A DNA stretch of 63,987 nt, filler included, from Conidiobolus incongruus B7586 (Eukaryota): the NCBI GenBank assembly GCA_000697335.1. It is 6 parts of 6 records of this genome, joined end to end, with 100 filler letters (N's around TTAATTAATTAA, not from the genome) between each part and the next. Parts side by side here need not be neighbours in the genome. Positions count along the whole stretch, not along the records: positions 13,487 to 22,989 come from JNEM01000129.1; positions 23,090 to 33,241 come from JNEM01000130.1; 4 more parts are not named here. One strand, given 5' to 3'. Each line of letters starts with the position of its first letter. Within the stretch, counting starts at the first letter, position 1. Under the pieces are notes generated by a model. That model worked only from the letters and a program-made list of their open reading frames with translations, had not been told where the DNA came from and did not search any database. Below are positions 13,487-25,175 of this stretch, in pieces. Position numbers and translations under genes: made by a program.

Positions 13487-14451
13487 TATAAATTGAAAAT
13501 AATCAGAAAGTACTTTTATGAAAAATGTTTTTAATAAAAATAACTTAATATTTGAAAAAATTATAATAATAAAAAAATTTAATTAAATTAATATTATTTA
13601 TTATTATCATTTATATTTAAGTATTTTTATTTAAAATAAAATTATTATAACATCAGAATTTTTTAATTAAACTGATATTTTAATTACAAAATTAATTATT
13701 TAAGTTATATTAATTAACCTACTAACACCTTATATGATTCATTTCATTCCAGTTAATACTTAATAATATATTAATAAAAATTAAATTTTTTAATAATAAA
13801 AAACAACAAATTTATTAATTTTAATTATTAAAATTTAAAATTTCTAAAAATTTTAAATAAATAAAATAAAATCAAAAAAATAATAATAAAATTCATTAAA
13901 AATATAAATTATATACTTTAATAATCACTAAAATAAAATTAGTTTGATATTTTTCATTTATGTTATCATTAATATCAAAATTATTAAAATTTAATTTAAT
14001 ATTTTATTCAATTCACTAATATTTTATAAATTAATATAGCATATTTATTTATTTTTATCACTAATATTTTATATTATTAACATATAATTTATTTAAAAAT
14101 AAATTATTTTGAAAATTATTCTTATCAAAAGATATATTTAAAATCCTTTTAAAATCCAATAAATCACATGAAATTGAACTTAATAATGTGATATCATTAG
14201 GTTAAGTTTGAATGGATATTTTATTAATGTGGAAAAATTGATAATATTAGAATTAAAATAAACAAATAACAGAAAAAATAAAACTAATATTTAACACAAT
14301 ATGGATGTATAGAGGTTTAAAAATACAAACTAAAAATTTTTTATTCTAATAATAATATTATTATTAACATTATAACAATAATGATAATGATGTTTTTTGG
14401 GATTATGATATAATACAAATAAAAATGCTGGTTTTTGATTGGAAAGATTAA

Positions 14452-15972
14452 TTACTCTGAAACAATAGGGAAGCATGGAATAATTTGGGTGATGACAGTG
14501 GCTTTGGAGCCTTTGGGAGGTAACTCCTCAGCGATGTGGATTTCGAAGTCGTCGGTGGTGGCTTCTTGGGCATTGGTAATTGTAATATCTTTAAGGCGTC
14601 GCGTGTTCACGTCGATATTGTGTTGCCAAGTTTTCAAGATTTCATTGGAGCGTTTGGTCAAAGTGTCTTTGATGCTGAGTGGCAAACGGGTGACGGGATC
14701 AACGGGGAGGACCCGCTTCACAACGAACGGTGGAATATAGTTCATGTCGTGGGGGTATTTGCAATCGGCATTCGCGCACAATTTACCATACTTGCATTTG
14801 GTCTCCTCCATATCTGGTGTGTGCAAAAATCCACAGCCAACAGTACGACAGTATTTCCCATAGCGACAGGGGATTTTGGCTGAGAGTTCTGCATTGAACC
14901 TGGGCTTTTCAGTCGTGGGATGAATGTACATACACTGGTTGCTAGGAGCTGGACAATTGGGATACAGAGGGCACATTTCTGTAGGATGGTAAAATTTGCA
15001 GTTGTTGCCTAAATTGCAAACTGGAAAATAGCGACAACGAATGTAATAACCTTCAAACGGCTGATAATACTGTTCAGAGTATGCATTAGCGTTAGGTGAG
15101 TCAGTCTCATTAGTGATGACAGCAGTAGTAGTGGTATCACTCACTTTAGAGACAGATTCAGTATTATGCGAAGAATAATGTACATTGTTAGAATTGCGAT
15201 TAGTAGGCTGGAAAGGACTAGACTGTTTTCCATACTTTGGACTGTCAAGATTTCTATGAGATACATTTTGCACCGAAGATTTTGTAGTTTCAATAGACAA
15301 GTTAAAATTATTATTGATGTGATTGGGCTTCTTTCTCGAATCAATACTGTTATGACCTCTGTTATAGTCCTGAGAACCTCGACGATGTTTGGACAAGTTC
15401 TGGTGTGATTGGTCATATCTCGAATTATTTTCGAGTCTTTCGGTACGCTCAGCGCGTAAGCGTTTCAAGGAAATTCCCTCCTCTGGAATATCTTGAACTG
15501 AAGATCTTCTATTAGAAGAGTTAGTATAATCACTACTGTTATTAGGCTTAGTAGTTTCTCTATTGGCTAATCCTTTAATAGAAATAACATTATTTGTAGT
15601 GTTAGTTGTATTGGAAGATTTGGGTGAAAGATTGTTGGAGCGAGAAGCCGAATCCAAAATTTGTTGAACAGCGGATGTTCCTTTAATTTGTATATTTCTC
15701 TTAGAAGTACTATTGTTAGATGAAGTAGAAGCATTAACAATGGTAGTTGAAGAGTTAATATTAGATGAGATTTTATTGACTGTAGGCGTCGACTGAGTTG
15801 ATAGTGGAGGAGTAGTACGAGTAGAGGGGGCTGTCACCGGTGATAGCGGAGCACGTGTAATGCCTTGAGCACCGTTTAAAGCTCTTGTAAACAGAGGATG
15901 AAAATGATGACCGCCTCCCGAAGAACCATCAGGTCGGCCTTGACGTCCATTAGGATTACTACGACTTGTCAT
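14452..15972 (-). CDS. Nab2/ZC3H14-type CCCH zinc-finger RNA-binding protein, 506 aa, single exon
   Basis: Four C-X5-C-X4-6-C-X3-H fingers (CRYFPVCNLGNNCKFYH, CPLYPNCPAPSNQCMYIH, CRYGKYCRTVGCGFLH, CKYGKLCANADCKYPH) follow a long S/N/T-rich low-complexity region. Confidence 0.8.
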   Translation of the reverse strand: MTSRSNPNGRQGRPDGSSGGGHHFHPLFTRALNGAQGITRAPLSPVTAPSTRTTPPLSTQSTPTVNKISSNINSSTTIVNASTSSNNSTSKRNIQIKGTSAVQQILDSASRSNNLSPKSSNTTNTTNNVISIKGLANRETTKPNNSSDYTNSSNRRSSVQDIPEEGISLKRLRAERTERLENNSRYDQSHQNLSKHRRGSQDYNRGHNSIDSRKKPNHINNNFNLSIETTKSSVQNVSHRNLDSPKYGKQSSPFQPTNRNSNNVHYSSHNTESVSKVSDTTTTAVITNETDSPNANAYSEQYYQPFEGYYIRCRYFPVCNLGNNCKFYHPTEMCPLYPNCPAPSNQCMYIHPTTEKPRFNAELSAKIPCRYGKYCRTVGCGFLHTPDMEETKCKYGKLCANADCKYPHDMNYIPPFVVKRVLPVDPVTRLPLSIKDTLTKRSNEILKTWQHNIDVNTRRLKDITITNAQEATTDDFEIHIAEELPPKGSKATVITQIIPCFPIVSE

Positions 15973-16849
15973 AATATAATTAAGGAAATTAAAGTTATTT
16001 TGATATATTATAATTAAAATAAAATATTTATATTATTTGTTGAGCTAATTCTAGTCAATTAAACATTTAAAAAGTTGTTACAGTGATTAATAATGGAATG
16101 CTTATTTAAAATAATGAATGTTAAATGACACAATGTGATTGGTTGCAACTTTTTCTTTTTAATTGAAATAAATTAAGGAGCTTAAATTTTGATTGAAATT
16201 TTGGATTTTATATGAGAAATTTTATTCAAGTTCGATTTCTAATTTCTCATCTTTAGAAATTGGATCAAGATTATTAATTAGATTTTAAATTATTTTTAAA
16301 TTAAAAATAATTTATTTTGAATTCTAAAGAAAACTTTAGTTTTAACTTAAACAGATACTATTAATAGAATTGAATATTAATAATTATTATTGCAATTTTT
16401 TTCTATTTCTAATATATTTTTAAAACTTTATTATGTTATTACCAATAATTCCAAATCACTTTAATTATTAGGATGTATGATATTAGTTTCAACTTTATAA
16501 AATTGATCAAATGATATTAATTCCAAATTGAATTATAAATATATTTTATCCATTGTGACAATTCATTTATTAATTTTATATTTGAAATTCTTAATAATAG
16601 CACCAGAATCTAAATTAAAACTCTTTAGATTAGAAATGTATATCAAAGAATTACTTAATATTAATAAATGTAAAAAGATCTTAAATTTTGATTGAATATA
16701 AATTTAATAAAAAAATAATCCAAAGTATAATTGAAAAATATGAAATTGAGACGTTAATCAATAGTCTTGGCAATTTTATAAAATATGGATTATGGTATGA
16801 AATACACAACATTAAAATTGAGAATTCTAATTTTATTAATTAAAAGCTT

Positions 16850-17890
16850 TGATTCAATCAAATGACTATTTAGTTCTATTACACAAGCATTCAAACTGCA
16901 ATTAAAATTCAAATCTGAATTAATCTTTCTAAGCCTCAACGAAACTCTCCCCTCTCTCAACCAAATTATCATTCCCATCCAAGTCCGACATCCTCTGTCT
17001 AATACAGCGCTGCCAACCAAGTCTCGATTCACCTGACATAATTGGTACAGATCTTGGTGTTAAACCCACATTGTATTTAATTTGTGTTTGGGGATTATAA
17101 AATTCCATCTGTGCGGCCCTCTGTAAACTCACACTCAAAATAACTGGACCAAAAGGAGTATGAGGGTCGACATGAGGTGAAATTCCAGTACCTGAAGGAT
17201 ATTTAAAAATTGTCATTTGATCCATAGCTCTAATGTTTATATCTTGTGTTAAATGGTATAGTTTCCGTAAAATTTGTTTTGCCCATTCGGGAATTTCGTA
17301 AGTTGTACTGTTGAATGTGTTGGTATTATAATCAAATTGGTGGCCATAGTGTTTTACGAATCGAATTTGAACTTTAGATCAAGTATTAGCATTGTTATTA
17401 ATATTACTCAAAATATTTTGCTCTTCGTCAGTTGTTAAAAATCATTAATTAATTTCAATCTATTATTATTTAATAATTTGTCACTAAGTAAATTTTTTAA
17501 ATATTCATAAAAAATCTTATTCCAATTTTTCAACTCTTTAAAATTTAATATTTTATATGGATTTTGAGCATTTTATAATTCATGAAAAATTAAAGAAAAT
17601 TGTAAGGTTAAATAACAATATTAATATATCATAAACCATTATTATCATTATTATTGTTATAATACTATGATTACCTTGCCATAGCAACATATCAACTGAA
17701 AGTTAACTATACCCAAACCTTTGAGTAATTGACAAAGCTCTTGAGGTTTAATACCTCCTGCAACACCATATCTCAAATTGATAAGACAATAATATAGTGT
17801 AGGTTCTTTAGAGAATAATGGAAACACTTCAGTAGTGCTGGTTATCCCATTCAATTTGTGAAAAGTCTTTAAACTTTGATTCCACTTTTT
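16850..17890 (-). pseudogene. ALKBH8-like (RRM + AlkB dioxygenase) pseudogene; ends approximate
   Basis: Fragments in order: EPTLYYCLINLRYGVAGG (RRM-like start), LKLINDF/TTDEEQNIL, RFVKHYGHQFDY, DQMT..Y..G.GISPHVD, L.PRS..IMSGESR..W and RVSL..RK. Lesions: 1-nt frameshift near 17437-17441, in-frame TGA at 17379-17381, frameshift near 16945-16955, and the second metal-binding His replaced by Arg (WQRCI). Confidence 0.85.
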
Positions 17891-18021
17891 AATTTTAAAG
17901 TCTATATTTTATATACTTGATTTGAAATTAAAGGGTAGAATTTATCCCATTAATTTAAAATCGAAATATTTTAGGATAAATATTAATTGATTACAAGTCC
18001 AATCCAAACAAATATTTAAAT

Positions 18022-19327
18022 ATGTTTAAAGATATTGACCAATTCTTGACAATTTTAGCTATTATTTTCTTGCATTGGACTACCCCAATCATCTTTTTGT
18101 CTTTTTTGAAATGGATGTTCAACGTGGGTTTCGATTCCGGAATAGCTTACTGTTGTTATGGAGCTACTGCGTTGATTTTAGCGTATGATGGTATAGCTAA
18201 GTTATTTAGTGAGACGGGTGATAAATTGGATAAGAGTTGGAAGGATCAAATTGTAGTGTTAACAGGAGGTAAAAGATAATTATCTATTAATAAATATTAA
18301 TATATTATATTCATAGATAATATTTAGGAAGCCAAGGTCTCGGCAAGACCTTAGCCCTAGCACTTATGTTGCAAGGGGCAACTGTAGCAGTCCTAGATGT
18401 TGTACCTCTAGACGCCGATATGGGTATGCTTTTCAAAGATTTCAAAAATATTTAATTCTTATATCTTTTCTAGAGCGTGTTTACTATTACCAATGCGATA
18501 TCAGTAACAAAAATCAAGTGGAAGATACTATTGAAAAAATTTGTAATGAAGTAAATTATTGATTAATTTGAATTTGATTAGATACTAATTTTAAATAGTT
18601 GGGTATTCCTACTATTCTTATTAATAATGCAGGTGTATTTAAAGAGGCTAAGGAATTTTGTAAAATGAAATGGCAAGATTTAAAGAGGTACAAAATCAGT
18701 CTGATACTTATACTTTTATTAACATTATTTTAGAACTGTTGATGTTAATTTATTGGGAACAATGCTTGTAACACATCAGGTATTGCCCCTGTTTTTGGAG
18801 AATGGTAGAGGTCATATTGTAAGCTATGCAATTTGTTCGTATCATTGTGAAATTAATAAATTTGAATTAGGTCAATATCAGTTCAAGCTTAGGTTTTGCA
18901 AGTCCTGCACTATCATGTAACTACAATAATATTCCCATTTCTCAAATATTCTAACTCATATAATTTAGCTGCCTATACCGCAACCAAATCAGCGTTAATA
19001 GCCTTCCACGAATCGTTGCACCACGAACTCACCACATTCCACAGTTCTAAAAATATCAAAACTACATTAGTATGTCCCGGGAAGTTGGCAGACACTCAAT
19101 TATTTAAAATGGCAAGGATGAAGTATGAGTGGTTCTTCCCAGATACGGAAGTGATGGATTTGAGTTGGATGATTGTTAGAGAACTTGAACTGAATAGACA
19201 TGGCGAATTGTTTGTACCCATATACGCTAATTTGATGATATTGAATAGATTATTTCCTCTTAAACTCCGACGTTGGGTGTTTAAATTATTGGGAGCTAAC
19301 GATAGTTTGATAAGAGATACCAAATAA
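18022..19327 (+). CDS. Membrane-anchored classical short-chain dehydrogenase/reductase (RDH10/17beta-HSD11-like), 7 exons, 332 aa
   Basis: Exons 18022-18268, 18328-18423, 18474-18550, 18599-18687, 18734-18818, 18871-18916 and 18969-19327 (999 nt). Hydrophobic N-terminus, then TGGSQGLG, YQCDIS, ILINNAG, VNISS and YTATK. Confidence 0.9.
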
Positions 19328-19406
19328 TAAACTATTCTATTCTTTTAGATAATTTTAAATTTAATTTCAACATCATTATATTAATTCATTTTTTATTAAT
19401 TCCTAG

Positions 19407-19616
19407 TTATTCTTTATCATCACTTTGTTTTTGATAATTATCCATACACTTTTTAAAACTTATCATCTCCTCCTTACACTGTCGCCAATCCTTCTTATCG
19501 AAGTAGCAGTCCTGTAACTTGACATGGTGGTCATAACACCCCGTGCGTTTGATTCTTAAATCGTATTCATCTTCTTCCTCTGCTTCATCAAAGGGTTTGG
19601 TATGTTTTTGATGCAT
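19407..19616 (-). CDS. COA4: Twin CX9C cytochrome c oxidase assembly factor 4, 69 aa
   Basis: DEYDLRIKRTGC-X9-CYFDKKDWRQC-X9-CM, the Coa4/Cmc3 signature. Confidence 0.9.
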   Translation of the reverse strand: MHQKHTKPFDEAEEEDEYDLRIKRTGCYDHHVKLQDCYFDKKDWRQCKEEMISFKKCMDNYQKQSDDKE

Positions 19617-19704
19617 TTGTTATTAAATAATGGTTAAAAAGTTGGATAACTATTTGCAGTAATGACATCAATTAATAAAAATTTAAATATTGAATTAAAT
19701 TACT

Positions 19705-19779
19705 AAATTATGGGAGAGTTTAAGAATTTCAAAAGCAGTAAATAACCCCAGAACCCTCAATTCATCAATCCCATAATTT
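19705..19779. promoter_or_regulatory. Bidirectional promoter core with two outward-facing TCCCATAATTT copies (19705-19715 minus, 19769-19779 plus)
   Basis: Lies in the 264-bp gap between the divergent COA4 (ATG 19616) and Rrg8-like (ATG 19881) genes. Each copy points toward its own gene, 88 and 101 nt from the ATG. Confidence 0.65.
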
Positions 19780-19880
19780 TGTCAACTATGTTTAATTTTG
19801 TAAATACTATAATGTGTCCTGAGATAAATACTATTTAAGAGATAAATTTTTAAATTATTAAATTATTAAAAAAATCAAAA

Positions 19881-20803
19881 ATGATATTGAATAGACTAAT
19901 TCGCCCTATTAAATTCATTAACTTTAATTCAAGATTTTTTCATTCTAAATTACCTCCTCTCCCTGATAAGTTATTAGGTAACAATTAAAAATTACAAAAT
20001 TATAATTGTAATATTAATAACTTTTTACAGAACAAATTTTATCAAGTCCAATTAAATTTTGTATATTTACAAAACGTGTTTATCCATCACGTAATTTCTA
20101 TTTACCTTTAATTTATTTATTAATATACTAATACGATAATAGTACTTATGTTACGTTTCGCAATTCATTCTCATCCTGATTACGGTCCCAAAACAGTCTA
20201 TTTCGACCCTAGTACGAATTTGGAAATGAAAGGATTTGGATTCTACCTGAGTAATTCTCACCATTTAATTCCTTTATTGAATCAAAAAGGTAATTTATTA
20301 TAACTGGCAATTGACACTGTTATTAATATTATTTAGAATTTTTGCCATTTAACATTCGTAACAGTTATATTCCTAAAGATATAGGGAGTATAATATATTT
20401 TGAAATGGGACAAAATTTGGCAAATTATTTGACAAAGTTGAAAGATTTAAATTTTTTAGAAATAGAAATTGTCAAAAATGATCTTGGATTAGAATCAGCT
20501 TTGAATAATTATTATAATAATAACAATAATAATGATATTTCATTTATCATGACTTATCAACCAAATTATAAATATTCTTCAAAATCTAAAAGTTTTAATG
20601 TTTTAAATAATGAAATTATTCAATTTCATTTAAACCAATTATTAAATCCTAAATATATAAATCAAATTGTTAATATAGATCATTTAGACAATGACAAACA
20701 AGTCATTATTAAGATCTATAAGTCTATACAAAATGAACAATTAGTTAATAATTGTTTATTACATTTATTAAGATTAAAAGATTATTTAGAAATAATAAAT
20801 TAA
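19881..20803 (+). CDS. Probable mitochondrial protein, Rrg8-like, 4 exons, 256 aa
   Basis: Exons 19881-19977, 20031-20090, 20143-20289 and 20337-20803 join in frame (771 nt). The N-terminus MILNRLIRPIKFINFNSRFFHSK is presequence-like. ILSSPIKFCIFTKRVYPSLLMLRF resembles the L-SP-R-C--T---P--L motif I recall for fungal Rrg8-family proteins. The gene model is firmer than the family call. Confidence 0.65.
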
Positions 20804-20811
20804 ATTTTTCA

Positions 20812-20822
20812 TCCCATAATTT
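20812..20822 (+). promoter_or_regulatory. Candidate promoter element TCCCATAATTT upstream of HTD2
   Basis: Exact 11-mer 66 nt upstream of ATG 20889, within an 85-bp intergenic gap. Confidence 0.6.
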
Positions 20823-20888
20823 TTGATTTAATAATTCAAAATCATTTAGTCATTGGATATCACAGTCAACTTTGATTTAATTGTCAAG

Positions 20889-22000
20889 ATGTTAGTAAAT
20901 TTATTTAATAATCCAATTAAAAAACCTTCAAAATTAATTTTAATTAATCCAATATGGAAGAATTGGAATTACAGACAATTTGCGAGTGAAGGTTATCACC
21001 CTGAATTGATTAATATTCACAACTCTGAAAATTTTCAAAAGCAATTAAATGCTTTGAGGAATAAGAAACAGTTCCAATCCGATACAATTCATTCTAGTCC
21101 AATTCAATTGCTGAATACTTCATTGCACGATATTTTCCCTTCTAACGAATTACCTTTGGATAAAATAATCGATAATGAGACGCCAATTGAACCCAACTAC
21201 CATTTACTCTACCATCCATCACATTTGCCTGAGACTAAATTGGGTAAGGATGGTTACGATCCCGATTTCGCACCTCCTGAGCCGTATGTTGATAGAGTTT
21301 GGGCCAAAGGCAAAATTGAGTTCAATCCCAGTAATTTGATTAGGGTGGGTCAAAAGGTCGATCTGGTTACAAAAACTAACGATATTCGTCACACTTTGAG
21401 TGCTTCAAAGGGACCTATGACATGTGTCGAGATGTTAAAAGAATATACGAACGACCACGGCATCTGTTTAAAAGAATATCGAACTCTGTGCTATTTCTTA
21501 AGCCTTGAAGATCAGATTAAATTTGGGTATAAACAATCGTCGCAGCCCATTCATGAGAAGTCAAGTTTAATAACTTCCAAATCGAAAGCTGCAGACATTA
21601 AGGTCGAAGTATATCCCAGTAGCATGCTACTGTTTAGGTATTCCGCACTCACATTCAACGCTCACAAAATCCACTACGATTATAAGTACGCTACAGACGC
21701 TGAAGGCTATCCAGGTAATTTGATTATACTATTCTCAATTCAATATTCTAATAAAATGTAGATTGCTTAGTCCACGGTCCCCTTACAACTACCCTGAGTC
21801 TCAAACTCCTAACTCAATATATGCAACTTAATCAACTTGACTGGACTAAACTAAAATCCTTCGACTATCGATTATTCCAACCTCTGTTCTGCGATCGTCC
21901 CTTCACCATTTTACTCCAACGTATGAAACCCAGTGAAATAGAAGTTTGGGTAGAAAATAATTTGGGAAAGTTGGCTTTTCGAGGCACCGCAACATTTTAA
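20889..22000 (+). CDS. HTD2: Mitochondrial 3-hydroxyacyl-thioester dehydratase (hotdog fold), 2 exons (20889-21714, 21762-22000), 354 aa
   Basis: LGKDGYD...RVWAKG, then LFRYSALTFNAHKIHYD and EGYP|DCLVHGPL across a 47-nt GT-AG intron, then FDYR..QPLF. Confidence 0.9.
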
Positions 22001-22989
22001 ATTTAATTAAATTGAATCAGTTTTTTTGGTATTGATATTAAAAATTTATGATGTAGAAATGTAAATTTAACTCCATGAACTCAATCATTTATATTTTTAT
22101 CTAAATAATAGCTAAATTTATTATTTGCTTACTTATTATCATTGGTTTAATTGATTATTTTAGCATAAATTAAACATTACAATTTAAGAGCGATTTTATT
22201 ATAAGTTCAATATATTCAATTTATTTTTAAAATCCAATTTTTCAATAAAATTTTTAATATATATATATATATGAAATGATGAGATGTCTAAATATATTTA
22301 CATAAAAACCTAATATTTTAAAATTCAATTATCAAATAATGAAAAATTAATATTTATAATATATAAAACAAAATTTAAAATAAACTATTTTTGAATATTT
22401 TAAAATTTCATATAACATTATATTATATTATTTACTTTTTAAATTTTTTTCATTATATTAGTTTTATAGAATAAACTCTATAGTATTTTAATTATTAATA
22501 AGATTTGTTATTATTTTATTATTAATAAAAAAATTAAAATTTTAAATTAAATAATATTATTAATATGTTATTTGTTTTTAATAATAATATTATTTTTTTA
22601 GCAAGCTTTTAAAAGCTAAAATAAAGTTTATTAATTTAAAACTCAAGTTTAATGTTTCATAAACTAATTTAATTTGATTTAGGATTTTTTTTAAAAAATA
22701 TTTTTGATTATATAAAATATTTATAATTATATAGGTTATAACCAATTGAATATATTAGATATGGTAATGTTTTTTATTTATTATTTAAAAAACTGTTTAT
22801 ATTTTTAAATTTATATATTCTATTATTTTATATAAAAAAATCATTATTTTGGTTTTATTTTAAAAATATTAATTAAAAATTATTTTATTTATAAAAAATC
22901 TATATATAACTTATTATTAAATAATTGAACTTTAAAAATTAAATACAAAAGCCATATATTATTATAACATATTATAAAAATTAATATTA

Positions 22990-23089
22990 NNNNNNNNNNN
23001 NNNNNNNNNNNNNNNNNNNNNNNNNNNNNNNNNTTAATTAATTAANNNNNNNNNNNNNNNNNNNNNNNNNNNNNNNNNNNNNNNNNNNN
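22990..23089. other. Assembly gap spacer
   Basis: 44 N + TTAATTAATTAA + 44 N. Confidence 0.97.
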
Positions 23090-24302
23090 AAAAATATTTT
23101 ATAGATATTAACAATATTATAAAAAATTTAATCAACCTTTTATTTAAATATTAATGATAATTATAAATATTCCTATTAGAATAAATATATACTTTATAAA
23201 TTAATATTTATCAAAAAAAATTTGAAAATATAATTTAATATAGTTTTAACAAACGATTAATTAAAAAATATATATTTTTATTAATAGGATTATAGATATA
23301 TTTATTTTATATAATATTATTAGTAGTTATTTAATAAAACATTAATGAAAATTCTTAAAATTATGGATTATTTAAAAATAACATAAATTTAATTAATAAT
23401 CAAAATTCAAATGCTATAAAAATAATAAGGTCAATAATATATAGTATAGTATTTATTGCTTAATATAGATTTTTTTAATAAATGATAGATTAGAATTAAA
23501 TAAATAATTATTTTGATTTTAAATATTAAATAAAATTAAAATAATAATTTAATAATTAAAATTACTATAGTATAGATTTTAAAAATTTAATAAATTATAA
23601 ATAAATAAATAAATCTATTTATAAAATAATAAAAAGTGATTAGAGATTAAATATTCAAATAATATATCAGGTTATAAATTAATAATATATATTTTTCTTT
23701 TTTTATTAAAGTAAATCATAACTATAATATGTTTGGAAAATAAAAATTGTTAATATTAATAATTAGAGTATTATCTATAATGGACGAATTACTCATTAAA
23801 ATTTTTAGAATAACTTTCTAATGTGTGATATAAAAGTGTCATAGGTTTTTGACAATTTTACTGTCAAGGAGTGTGATTATATGCACTCTTCAACTAACAA
23901 TAAAGTATTGATTTAACTTAATTTATATCCAATAAATATTGGATGTTAAAATTTCAATCAATCAAACAGAAAATAATCCTTATCAACACCAAACATAACG
24001 AAAGTTATAATAATATTACAATATTTTATTCTAATATTAATTAGTAATTAAATTCTAAAATATAATCATACTATTTCACTAAATCCAACATATTTCCCCA
24101 AGTTCTCCAAACAATTTGATTATCCCACAATCAATTCAACTCAATATTCCTAAAAATCATTTAAATTTATTATAATTAAAATTAACAGTCTTTTTTAATT
24201 CAATTAAATTACGTAAAAATTTTTTATATTAATAATTAACATAGTAATTTATCAATTTATATTAATTTTATAATATACTAATTATTTAACAGTTTATTGA
24301 AT

Positions 24303-25175
24303 ATGTCCAACTCTGAAAAATATATCCCTAAGGAAAAACTGGGGGAGGGTACTTATGCTGTTGTTTACAGAGGAATAAAAAAGGAAACTAACGAGGTGGT
24401 CGCCCTTAAGGAGATTCATCTTGATTCTGAGGAGGGAGCACCTTCCACCGCTATTAGGGAAATTTCATTGATGAAAGAGTTGAAGCATAAGAACATTGTC
24501 AATTTGTTAGATGTTGTTCACTCTGAAATGAGGCTCCTTTTAGTTTTTGAATATATGCAATGCGATTTGAAAAAGTATATGGAGCAACATGGTACTTCAG
24601 GTGCATTAAAGCCAGCTACTTGTAAAAAGTTTATGAAAGACTTGCTTGAAGGTATTGCTTTTTGTCATGAAAGTCGTGTTATTCATAGAGATTTAAAGCC
24701 TCAAAACTTGCTGATTGATGCAAATGGTAATTTGAAAATTGGTGACTTCGGTTTAGCTCGTTCCTTTGGTATTCCAGTATCTACATTCTCTTGTGAGGTT
24801 GTTACTCTTTGGTATAGGTCACCCGACGTTCTCTTGGGCAGTCGAAACTATTCCACCTCTGTTGATGTCTGGTCCGTTGGATGTATTATGGCTGAGATGT
24901 ATTCGGGAAGACCACTTTTTGCTGGAAGTACCAATGAAGATCAAATAATGAGAATATATCGACTACTTGGTACTCCTAATCCAATTACCTGGCCCGCTTT
25001 ATCTTCTCTTCCTAATTACAATATCTCTGTGACTAAGTATCCACCTCAAGATTTGTCAGTTGCTTTGAAAATGATGGATAGCACAGCTCTCAATTTACTT
25101 AATAGGATGCTAATTTATGTACCTGCAGATCGTATATCAGCTAGAGAGGCGCTTCAGCATCCTTACTTTCAATAA
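24303..25175 (+). CDS. PHO85: Pho85/CDK5-family cyclin-dependent kinase, 290 aa, intronless CDS
   Basis: [70 protein letters not shown] and DVLLGSR. The first ATG is at 24303. Confidence 0.93.
   Translation: MSNSEKYIPKEKLGEGTYAVVYRGIKKETNEVVALKEIHLDSEEGAPSTAIREISLMKELKHKNIVNLLDVVHSEMRLLLVFEYMQCDLKKYMEQHGTSGALKPATCKKFMKDLLEGIAFCHESRVIHRDLKPQNLLIDANGNLKIGDFGLARSFGIPVSTFSCEVVTLWYRSPDVLLGSRNYSTSVDVWSVGCIMAEMYSGRPLFAGSTNEDQIMRIYRLLGTPNPITWPALSSLPNYNISVTKYPPQDLSVALKMMDSTALNLLNRMLIYVPADRISAREALQHPYFQ

Noticed and set aside
14435..15416. ORFs overlapping the CCCH gene (14435, 14536, 15141, 15166)
   Set aside because: Antisense or alternative-frame shadows of a GC-richer CDS, with no motifs.
17379..17381. 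In-frame TGA in the ALKBH8-like gene as selenocysteine or a recoded Trp
   Set aside because: The gene also has two frameshifts and a lost catalytic His, and TGA is an ordinary stop in PIS1 and the second trypsin.
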